Below are positions 61,001-64,000 of a stretch of DNA of 64,000 bases, one piece after another. The notes under the pieces were generated by a model that saw only the letters and a program-made list of their open reading frames with translations, did not search any database and was not told the DNA's origin. The position numbers and the translations under genes were made by a program. The stretch comes from PVC group bacterium (lineage in GTDB: Bacteria > Omnitrophota > Gorgyraeia > B26-G9), in contig JAAEQR010000072.1 in assembly GCA_024231215.1 (NCBI GenBank), positions 193,210-257,209 of the forward strand, read 5' to 3'. How positions within the stretch are numbered: position 1 is the stretch's first letter; each line of letters begins with the position of its first letter.

Positions 61001-63452
61001 AAAGCAAAGCATGATGCAATTAGCTTACTGGCTGTGCGGATTTAATGCCGATGATATTCAGAAACATGAGTCAGGGGTGCAAAAGCAACAGGAGATTATT
61101 AGTAAAGTAAATGAAAACGATAGTCTTGGTAATGTTAAACAGATAGCTGAAGAAAACGGCCTTACCGTAGATCAGGTTGTGTTTATTAGTAATTCGGAGC
61201 TAAGTACGAAGCTGGATGCAGGGGCACTGGATAAGAGTATTAAGGCGGCAACGGATATTGTTGGGACTAATGAAGTAGCCGGGGGTACAATTAGTGGATT
61301 AGCGCTAGAGTTTAAGAAAAAGCAGAAAATCAGTACCCAAGAATTATTTATAGAAATGGTCAAGAAATCAGTACCTCAAGATTTAACCGAAAAGATAGAA
61401 GAAATACAGAAAGAATTATCTCCTGATGCAAGTTTAACTCAGGTAATTGAATTAAGCCAGAAATTAGAGGGTACAGCGATTGCGGACAACGCAGATTTAT
61501 TTGTGGCTAATCTGGCAGTAGAAGGAATAGATAGGAAGCAGTTAGACAAGATAAGCGATACTTATAATGCATTAGCAGATATTGCTTATGGATATTTTGA
61601 TTCAGAGACAACCGAAGGCTCGGCGCTTTATTTAGAGACAGGCAAGAAAGAGCTATCTGAGCAGATTGGTAATTTGAGTTTAGAAAATCTGAATGCTTTT
61701 CAGAGTATTCCTGAAGCCAGCCGAAAAACAATATTAAAGCATTTGGCAGAAGGTAAAGAAGTTGATTTGTTTACCAAAGCAGTGGATAGTTTTAAAACAG
61801 AAGCTGAAAATGGTAAATTCACTTCTTTAGGAATCGTGATGGATAAGCTTTCCGGGATAACTGTTATTGCGGAAGACGGAGAACAAACAAAATTATTGCT
61901 TAAAGATAAACTATCTATTATCAACTGGATGTGTGGAACGAATATCACTGAAAAGATATATCACAGTTTAGTAAAAATACAATCAGCCAAAGCAGAACAT
62001 CAATATAATGTAGCTAAGGAAAAAGCAGCAAGCATGAATGATATTAAAGGCGAAATTAAGAGTGATGTGCCATTGCCGGCTGATGAAGTTAAACCCGAAG
62101 ACTCAGCCATTCCGACACAAGATAAGCAAAAAGTGGATTATCTGGTATCTGATGTAGATATTGAAGGAATGAGCAACCAACAGGCGATTGATCTGATTAT
62201 CGGCAGGGAAAGTAAATTGGGATTTTCAAGAACCAGATATTTTATTCAGGATATTGGTAAGAAAAATCAGGTGATAGAGGTAGATCAGAAAATAATGAAT
62301 AATATCGGGAATAGGGCTAGAAATGCGCTTGCAGAAGGAAATGCTTTGGAGATAACTGATGGTAATGATGTTAAAATTGGAGATGTTTTCTTGCTGGGAA
62401 ACAGGACTTTTGTGGTTATTGCGGTAGATAATAAGAATAATAACGTTTATATTGCTTTTAGTGAAAAGGGCAGGGTATTAGGTAGAACACTATTAAGCAG
62501 AGTCGGATCTTTAGGTAAGCCGCTGCAGGTAAGATTCAAAGATGTATCTGTTTTACCCAAAGGCGGAGCAATAGGTAAAATTAAGTATATTGATAATAAG
62601 GGAGAGATCCAGATGGCTGATTTGGCCGGAGAAATAAGGACTGATGCAGCAGGAGAAAAACACCTGATATTAACGATTGAACAGACCGGTATGGAAGTTG
62701 TGATTCCAGTGATTGGAGAAGTCGGTGCAGAACTTTTATCAAAAGTAAAGAATTCGATTAGTATAAGCCTGAGTAAAGGGGCGATGTTGTTTGACGATGA
62801 TCAGGCATTGGTAAAAGAGATAGAGTCAGCGATAGCTACTGATAAACCTTCATATATAATTGATAAAAACATATACAATATTCATGGTTTTGGTAATAAA
62901 AATCTCTGGGCAGTTTCCAAATTATTAATCAATCATGAGAATAAAGAGATACCACCTATTGCGCTTTTACATGAAGTTATGGAAGGTAAAGATGCTCCTC
63001 AGGGCTTAAACAGCCATACATATTTACGAGGTTGCGGTAAAGATCTTCGTAATGTTGCGGATGTATTAACGGATAGTGATACTGACGCTCAGACGATTAT
63101 TACTAAGCTTAACAGCGCAGGTAAACGACAAGTAAGTGGAGAAGAACAAAAACTTATTCAATATAATGTCGAAAACGGGTATACTGGGAAGAAAGCTCTT
63201 TATGGCCTGCAGGATCGTATATTCGGAGAAGAGGCTAATAATGCGTTTACTGAAGCGCTTACGAATCTTAAATCTGAAATCAGTGAAAAGGTACTGGCTG
63301 AAGCTGGGATTATTCCGCTTAAACCTTCTCAGGATATTTTGGAAGATCAAAGAACCGAAGCAATTGATATTAAAGGACGGTTTGTTCCACAAACAGTAGA
63401 TTCAATCGGAAAGACTAAAGGATTAATTAACGCTTTTAGTTTCTCTAATTAA
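40005..63452 (+). CDS. Giant (7,815 aa) exported multidomain protein: helical repeats, C39 peptidase with in-cis GG site, hydrophobic blocks, beta-rich region, SecA-like SF2 ATPase, TPR-like helices, C-terminal HExxE domain
   Basis: Uninterrupted 23.4-kb ORF with AAGGAG SD. C380/H467/D483; 'QMRQIRGG' (aa 526-527); TGTGKT (5183), DEAD (5317), GFTGT (5660), SRATDI (5905), QLAGRDRG (5955); HEVME (7656). Confidence 0.9.
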   Translation: MQGLTGKLWFKIIAFIVLQTFMFVQADISWAANYRQQKGQGERVVDERDKVSKDALNTQVVLNQPAVPFISFDPGIAPPRSEKLSLIETTIEGLSMAGTNLKTIFGTLKNSGCSVSETGFAAMRQGYPKHEIYKALISAGYDKEEVKTMLGSILQREEEKKSEDESANQKTGPPLDKEKKDADKEASFLDAEQPIPESSEVTALSVGKDPVKIIEKATADNAVMNQTVAFVRLMINEGKRGKELIKTLKKAGLTNERIVMALAQLGFSLDDIVAIFKEADISATEIIQAIHNGFLAFSDKDIYNALLKNGFSDKDIIAAFKTAGVSSEDVLKIATQLSRNMVSVAKAMVEVGFSYADIAKAYLLKAMKWTFDKSVHVVNCAVKAFDAFLTNIGRKFTSKEELAYELIVDDILRTGEVEITGKDVMTSMLAIKNVAQKYGIDMQGYNLTLESLMELNDAAIVHLDGDHWVSLQNIDGDQVSIIDNGEEKTISLTELKIRWDGNTLAINQERTQYQELLDLQMRQIRGGRGWNPFKAIKKIFKAVKNFIVKTVKAIVNITKAVFYTITGNTQKADYYYNRGFQQLSQALNSLINAVVPGKFLQKIFKSIANGLVMFARGMVNQIRGLCMMARGDFKQGFKTYLMGVVQTAVAPLVSLYGMLGEKVGRVVAKVIQWVVRIVAAVLSFVCTKIFGWTGIGMAIGMAIAFVATVITCMVDYDFVQMVQRGDANEIASVMGKIFKAAAISAVIAAVAFCIGGAIQGLGGTASTTGSTIATTVGSIVSTVAKAAITVAKTAMTVAKFVLAPVITVVNVLARAAMTVVTAITKIVMTVVKVIVDGMNHVVRMVTNFLKPMIENLKNSIVNMVKAIKPDAVIQEIGSEVIEEAITKVVKEQIAMYVATKGLDSAGIDDPYVRAGIVGAIGAWAGGDGFKIDAKDVVEGVFIGTTQETIRQQGYKRNWDPLLIESLATVGGTVVGASIGAIQTSRTVYTGTWASRTMDNLKASFGQMVGNIATNAVQRICLENGMDPIATSAISSLAGGLVTGLGNYAVGNSPGGFRRNMGFALVQGINDGFTSAGSMLYKKILVEDLAFTDSQASSMVNGTFGQLKYQMELHNEFGYGKWEGTDDLTFSQKLQLAGTKLGEGGVFSDSLKVLNRNDGLKNDLISAMGLNSGSYSGTAYDKASYIDGFNSKIDSMDYMMNGLDSNIELKADGKYYNSDGSINTYMSRNKAKNEYWNHWKEAKPEIFGQSAGDSNGGQSTNLSFGDAYFETISTRQLSWQNTNARSSLSFITAPIRNSLNVSIYNATRTAYEPRAIMQGAEIIKIADNSAQQKYLANSISPQFNSIIDVNNVTSVAFNSWNHFQTNTAAYFTTISSSVNNKGREVYVFNTGRRVGSNLVCAETPNKQAMESFFKTEEINNLTISPFTSKTLGNFEAQNKEEFIITGAIQQLTKTGIIVDYQLVSMTEGADILLATTINNVDLFTTVASGVQFSSQSLVLKDKNNSTYKTAIDKVSVDLGINESVDKIANQVKLTSAVELCINANGNLSITGESLDELNTELGALENLAKKSKAIDLPGGCVLANTSLEYIETSEGLELIAKETLQKDRNIEYEGLGYTIDTSKGTVQYVYNNKGKITSLLNFDKGYKGVTLKGSDGKSIMIFNGNNVTLSNDKKSFFNSMLVKLNYRKGNELSIRSAEVLAIDDYNLGKVNSFEVMRQGKSLASSSITDSAKDLSTEGKLNYIRLGSDSDSNTIIKAGSVFTIIENEVKFKNNDVLINEGTNSISITGQDRSLMTLNGKESAIILKGSARKFDLTKESVQEQMRQKQGIPTDDTLVEKDTFVLGDGSTVVIYADQDSNSKVLQVFSGNLGTNDKGHRTIDVSFVNENGILETMSMNNDMLRQKVNSNRFINGVQGVYQITSGDQLALVFEFGTGSNMQRKVLDFSLGEDTNGSSVYTLNDCSLNTDTNTINMGGVSFDKTETSLQTAVFYRSEDTSAVQGKTEEMNNDRLDTLNTGITIGGHEAHYQITTDNRNKVVLSYDDKVVMFSKTTQGTVVQAPKNADGLREIGDMVNTAETGEKTIDVITFDDSQVTATINTITLEAEVSQPKSINDIDYSGKKIMVDGVNGRFNKDLPINQNKDELVPRSFELADGTMRECVVLAEADVNAGEFLGKLGGAKIIGLYATKDNQVFMHVQGRQNIVMPEDSSGPSDQSPAYTISKFDIKRKTSNGFRVEGLVEYQLSAVDNKGDFEFNPMAFNPGAQFSVSEKFNKREVIIKNKVLLRGDECVVTSQGVEVENRIDVDFITQSLAVNDKASTIFNQMVRVDVSLHKSEEADANPALMIDNVLSVDGKKIDLDELSGIIVSEGELKAEFQGVKLENGIISLSAKGTGIINTIGQNPGDEEDIGYNLPGITVANSNYKLTQNLGEGFAVWEGLMDFAVMPTGNVKALYEQQGVKGIIADTFEGEVTIAGHKVKKSEQFEVNYAGVTVIPIVQPKTVRNLMSGIGENISADIINSLRQNSGGLFGEDQSITGVMHKINEDLTVVKLDDSNSVFDGVDSLLQNVNVSENAFDIVQVNNVQPLVLIRGDNVSVTYCEIDSKGLPVIIGSSGIDSQQGIISVGIEKAERSFSAFANDNQSYVYNKTSTNDFSLELMPQQGNKNSYYGTLTSKKGVVTGTGVFNKKNASDNPMVASAAISKFTADNLAVTQITPLVQEGKAQGFRIDSISETAVASLSFVPTDRGDALFARHSNKETGNQYEKIFYLSGSKIYPNSKAGNCAYSYIKTFDENNDLNIRIETTDAYRGSKEFQNKVLLVDGTYNKESKDWKYSLNREGIKEENLFINKHEFKALTDTILGEFGAVLGKDLGLDKIKVADIKLEGSGSSKTEKYFGLTAEVSETGFRLYDPRGGYSLSLNEKNIEVGVRGESITLLTRSSDRDESHINEIAVLRESSYHVSTVKDKSAGLIVDDKLVLQRNESGWQLGAEHTGKYEKISKEGSNISFDAADQIFKVLQSDTDINNLEVDLSNLTTSRIAMGVFGNYQKVVSSWNAIYGSEFQKQIYGEVIDNIDFVSKFVGEYSSWGNARKEFFKTTEEGKQIAEEFKELFTKAISQVNISDCPEIKKLIGSPDKDSKDKEFKADLGLFGKYLKEAISSYNTAQSNESNPLVFSQNMALAEKNNKIAGYASLGANTGFRDLVYSSQHKVVSKQLKLSIAQFKEINIIPEKENLSEEAKANYAKFEAFLASFESEEAKADYAKLEAFLTSFENAGTYDATRKPDDSNPIVNDPQVEQLAIKLNSDMEALVVTLENKPVNGEEKDVSLTDVAKISARIQGTTEAKHSIAVINQREAIIYLAEMSEVASKIDKAFDQEVEYWQNQVDTAEEYDYYDEGYSAKQKLAETIRNQHDLKIEVLVKAYEKLQNPDVRLASGEHDISLMTIDFSRSKTFGDSREVYLAINREVYREAGFLHSAKGQTKEFINALNIDKSAVSLTNTQIKAITTESAKTKPYISLCELATKLDTFEVGIVGVIGESQGFLQQNKAILAKYYDYATSKFFPWQEEGQKEEFKQLYEDQIKEHGAIVDLNPFTALLNEIKVNKKVTEKVDERYDDLQAYEHNITMQNNLESVFSDFNKKFEGLKTDFLNARDSFVSEPAFDINGISDISKKLEKTSLGFQIDSFQVKIDKVLFSMGMITSKLNDQIEKSLSKKTVSKMLFTTPSRKMSLQREHNQRMGSLRRNILKLDIRTEVSQQFQDLEVKLKDLSVQLNNAIDSDDIKEVTRQLSIADAKVLSASITMVSEHITQPIAGKFPLRMDSYKFMDTMIEDDKGLKRKGLGQTLTEGFQNISINLVNLQKVLDVSIEMMEQNNTSFDSASFGKALLNVSTPLIDKNIRFANALYESLGVIDQVFATQKNAENWWTQVTSVGQSKGIFERNVGGTVKKALVDIIQKASNLKSFMDTAIDEAVEIYENELIATVDYKPLIKSLPQFGQRAVSKIETAFKGYTRGMVLNLVIVTAVEVIGAVAFTLLTGGFGAGVSGGILAGKWGIRINRAAKMALLFGGMMAATRVSVHNVRKFLKEGSAAFSDYSMLEDFLAPAAQGYQSGKWVGYFMGGVGGMTVKSLKGMLYLGKKELANKTALKIFGRTIIKEGILKHSQQVFIGYFTAGTIAHATYDVIKQGWRDGKTWGAINWKDVAIDAVTFGGESAFLGTLGRTMSTGSGIMHSKMMNKPAIEKITRSDIIGKTYTEGKVLKNFFYTTFPGAKTFGANLLAGDSIKSRAARYLLAERMFSTANVLLDFNIFGKMVVSPSMDIWRGSGGEKVEDKFAYKMLAGFGEGEAGDSWMQGMQFGGSLAFFSKGSEFIEAGWSNMTKKVSMGKTLSRLKMRSYDKLPGTFRQLTSGTIKEAFIEGPIAHMLVNSGIVHPYLAEMLVEFIPGDGGADAALFAKHAGVSTMEAVDMHAVLEMGKNTRINQIVTNKDRLQELATESNIDAEKLGKMSAFDWMTSMNTSTENSSTTYTMSGAFETISKGSITTVSDVVNLHGDNSHGFMKDCGFKMVSMAHGGIVVKDMIKSGSTKDGNLIEDTIMSFTTDDVAYITGKSIMELGLDKDTYSGKTLTQAVEQLNSTGEGRISQNEFLELIGMNNVTLSSIAKLPGFQGMKKSEVAKELGFEKYNPHILFSNDSFLDFMVKTEILPVYKSMENMSDSYRHMALQELGLLTVEGTTIFEQLDQMKQIQQKLEAAGTTIDNASLEQVARAADKNNDLVKMFEGNTEYQYNRVNAARIEIAKDAQGEIITDNATKQAKIRMQVGKESQVLSLTDFNKQIMEFSRIPYATIDIGDGKSRRKIDISKMNPEVLIKNQNGNHQLVITLMDTSVSDLANLGVQGSSEIRVDSNNNAEVFLTTTNGRYYKTGKVLLQDHLVQAGIVDNAQAADQLLQDLFNEGNGFVDRNGVININKLEAVEKAYNATIEKTDSVEIKEQQQQLVNFLQQSMGKTTTFILGNDGNYTVGQKAEILSVLLQTADQGIMQVRFDLEASGLENLTANDIKEAQNVEAKINNEIQGMFGYRRVVLEKGTLNKIVGTDRALLENLVKSGYVSVREIKNVKTYAITRKFVDLKNSDGMEISGVSAEQKNLVFNTLRNEFDSHSQDKSSYTPLIQEGVNQVDAVLNLIINPNTLFRIPTGTGKTYYIFTAAASINKALGRKTVYVVHDLNQFSIQADDESRANWFEYNGMKWATISNGQNNLVGDHHFELNALEANKNGEAQRLQENSDVIIMSADVLSFFENALGKEKGSETTHMQKTWDTIFGNNTMLLFDEADTIFFKQRAQSGEGAKSLTIENKLIQRGVHYEFIGNTLGLWGKINKSDFSETELNQMHDEGYINKDTGNIQYGFVHLVRTSDKSADSRKTLSGALETKLSDIVNKQDSQGQTLLTKPGEQMDHLRSMLTATYTVYNWEGTKIVPQKKASYIEYKQDKQKAEKEGNQVVVTGFMFNQELVDQYKGWVEKQLPGDVKIDDIENPTNISEENKHKVREYRRSLKAVAKVILQVDGIDVGYDPDSGLIRPAPGGVVTPELQLQDPYFAGHTQLLFAEMRDVEQSAITKRYEKELKAQQQKDVKADAEDLKYADNLYKVTVSDWSRVTTIDKSIRRAMASGANICGFTGTYDAVTDMAFQLYGLRHKYMGNKFQYITSISCDDLVKNGVEESAADAVFNDLFQQGYINKDGVVRIEKFYELNNASELQLSTQDTFLQNAVFNTLNNAQEGRINHVYEADNSANALEHVFNDIAAKVIKNGYIMNGMQTFNEGEISKNVVNNFESLFANNLKNFVINKETGAAELTVVVKDQKTEWDVYRIHYDHQIGKIDVEHVKTQDKQGLETTKHKTGKIQKYMENHQNVFFYLNPSASRATDIESVHSWLSEQQAKSMEADDLKSAVRSNLKNYALCDRESTRWMFEQLAGRDRGARNNSGQRDNFVTINGQKIYHDLDVYVVDPAAQSGVNDFAESHEAAISKFRSMLGNADIIAKQKSLYKNMSDLMYSKVAEYVEDLKDTIYREVKEKQNKAASKRQEKKIGWLANTEQQVAILESYLGEYQNTIGVDDKFGVPETAATPQEALQNVVDSFRMFLKEKVVVDEKFGFLSKNIQASLISESKATNSIQLKREIKNHTGGISFGMTLSDTVDLISENITEHDLPIRITEAGSDQNMVFVGKQWSDLETGELSNMTSKQRGMVKKKLINSGHMSVDGIVSSSGVGTATHSANIFKRLGQGMVLKIISNLFKGATGGGDDEKAFALVDILTSNNILSLGRNNFEGVFNQLQSAAELIEKGVVLKDVISEQDIIRSLTSTKPHAFFELLAQNMTSTAIGKDCSGIANKYIKGDRNFSNIEVSAQRLLDRISLYKDGQIDAITFMPMHIGKRFLFEQTKDDKSIDLEKSLSNFVVSTIGSVALIVALTAGNLLRSTFGEITGGLLGMAVFPLYIIVSAGITAASIPVQKIFRDQAGKSALTKLKNAEKGMAATFDSYVAAVRKLGCSSEIKNSMLSLVKPGLKLDTISRAERIRDNLLNVKGLSPKAKGIIDKLTFKELVDFNSISQDKQKVIVNALAENKDKVEELNKAITDVSSQKFSQDRLGLVDVVMDNLSDIKIKVDDKTQRVASTKEKLDLVNWLGGTNYSDVDYFGYVLQKGEIDTKQAETKVREAVDQLMEVVSKETSTEKEEIDKVQARFYLADAYSNKDLIEVMSVVNQEESFAKAGEQLKSAVTESRQIIDEKTSKRLTAKAYLKLISLYAKEDALKGNKQEESVQIRQIKDICAEMEQLADKGGLNRDSVIDAHMVLAQVYADRGWTSEAEAEYNKIINSDANVETKIKALGRQVIILARQNKFDVNGENHVEKTVNKLEELVASSKTDTKGDQFMQMFSAAKKAAVDIIKAFAKGENDFSKFQDEYGFIKVSLAEIIGAETVFNEIKSSVDKYKNGNDANSVPDVIKAVLADKFIEKINPEQKQSMMQLAYWLCGFNADDIQKHESGVQKQQEIISKVNENDSLGNVKQIAEENGLTVDQVVFISNSELSTKLDAGALDKSIKAATDIVGTNEVAGGTISGLALEFKKKQKISTQELFIEMVKKSVPQDLTEKIEEIQKELSPDASLTQVIELSQKLEGTAIADNADLFVANLAVEGIDRKQLDKISDTYNALADIAYGYFDSETTEGSALYLETGKKELSEQIGNLSLENLNAFQSIPEASRKTILKHLAEGKEVDLFTKAVDSFKTEAENGKFTSLGIVMDKLSGITVIAEDGEQTKLLLKDKLSIINWMCGTNITEKIYHSLVKIQSAKAEHQYNVAKEKAASMNDIKGEIKSDVPLPADEVKPEDSAIPTQDKQKVDYLVSDVDIEGMSNQQAIDLIIGRESKLGFSRTRYFIQDIGKKNQVIEVDQKIMNNIGNRARNALAEGNALEITDGNDVKIGDVFLLGNRTFVVIAVDNKNNNVYIAFSEKGRVLGRTLLSRVGSLGKPLQVRFKDVSVLPKGGAIGKIKYIDNKGEIQMADLAGEIRTDAAGEKHLILTIEQTGMEVVIPVIGEVGAELLSKVKNSISISLSKGAMLFDDDQALVKEIESAIATDKPSYIIDKNIYNIHGFGNKNLWAVSKLLINHENKEIPPIALLHEVMEGKDAPQGLNSHTYLRGCGKDLRNVADVLTDSDTDAQTIITKLNSAGKRQVSGEEQKLIQYNVENGYTGKKALYGLQDRIFGEEANNAFTEALTNLKSEISEKVLAEAGIIPLKPSQDILEDQRTEAIDIKGRFVPQTVDSIGKTKGLINAFSFSN
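42348..42500 (+). repeat. 21-bp (7-aa) degenerate tandem repeats inside the giant gene
   Basis: actgtagc[c/t]aag at 42348, 42369 and 42390 (TVAKAAI/TVAKTAM/TVAKFVL), with further gactgtagtt copies downstream. Confidence 0.75.
49691..49804 (+). repeat. 57-bp (19-aa) tandem duplication inside the giant gene
   Basis: SEEAKANYAKFEAFLASFE / SEEAKADYAKLEAFLTSFE; 3 nucleotide differences. Confidence 0.92.
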
Positions 63453-63516
63453 TCATTTTATTTATTATTCATATTATTATAAACCGGGGCATGCCCCAAA
63501 AGGGAGGATTGGTTTT

Positions 63517-64000
63517 ATGAGGTTAAAATCATTGTTTAGGCTATTATGGATTTTAGTAATGATCTTTATGTTCAGTGGTCAGCTTTTAGCTACGGAAGCT
63601 TCAGAGCTATTAGATTTCAAAATACCTTCTTCCTGGGGAGTGATTAGAGATTCTTTTGATGCCGGTACGGACAAGATTGTGATAAATATACAAGATGCGC
63701 ATGCTAACCTGGAGGCTCAGGAGAATATTGCCAAGATTCTTGACCGCCTGGTGTCTCAATATAATTTAGAACTTGTAGCGTTAGAAGGTGCTTCCGGGAA
63801 AATTGATGCAACAGTGCTTTCTGCTTTTCCGGATAATGCATTGAAAAAGGATGTTTCCGCTTATTTCCTGCAGGAAGGGAAGATCAGCGGAGCAGAATAT
63901 TTGGCAGTAAATAGTGATTATGATTTTAAATTATATGGAGTAGAAGATTTTGATTTATATTTAGATAATCTCGAGGCTTTTCATAATGCCCAGGATTTCA
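63517..64000 (+). CDS. Exported protein with an 'IQDAH...EAQ.NIA...LEGA' N-terminal domain (runs off the window edge)
   Basis: Not in the ORF track. GGAGG SD; MRLKSLFRLLWILVMIFMFSGQLLA signal, then 'KIVINIQDAHANLEAQENIAKILDRL...LELVALEGASG...KISGAEY...LYGVED'; open to the window end. Confidence 0.8.
   Translation, partial: MRLKSLFRLLWILVMIFMFSGQLLATEASELLDFKIPSSWGVIRDSFDAGTDKIVINIQDAHANLEAQENIAKILDRLVSQYNLELVALEGASGKIDATVLSAFPDNALKKDVSAYFLQEGKISGAEYLAVNSDYDFKLYGVEDFDLYLDNLEAFHNAQDF

Overview
This is a low-GC bacterial window, most consistent with Candidatus Omnitrophota or a PVC-adjacent lineage. That assignment is inferred from the giant C39-bearing protein, a Chlamydia-MOMP-like porin and the gene order. 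Bases 1-36,150 are mostly housekeeping: ppiD-like, rsmI, purN, PGM/PMM, eno, ftsB, two tRNA-Met, hppA, tilS, an HD-GYP protein, lysS-lolC/E-lolD-ilvE-mcsA-mcsB-clpC-mlaE/F/D-radA-PIN/TRAM-ispD-ispF-cysE-cysS, and a ROK regulator. Several palindromic elements are interspersed. From about 36,160 to the end lies one co-oriented, apparently c-di-GMP-controlled locus: a consensus sigma70 promoter, a c-di-GMP-I riboswitch with terminator, a signal-peptide ORF with a RAPP ribosome-arrest-like motif and a second terminator, a PilZ protein, two paralogous exported helical-repeat proteins, a 7,815-aa giant protein, and a further exported protein truncated by the window edge. The giant protein carries an intact C39 peptidase followed in cis by a textbook double-glycine cleavage site. 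After that come an amphipathic/hydrophobic block, a second membrane block and an embedded SecA-like SF2 ATPase. All domain calls come from motif recognition by eye; no searches were run.
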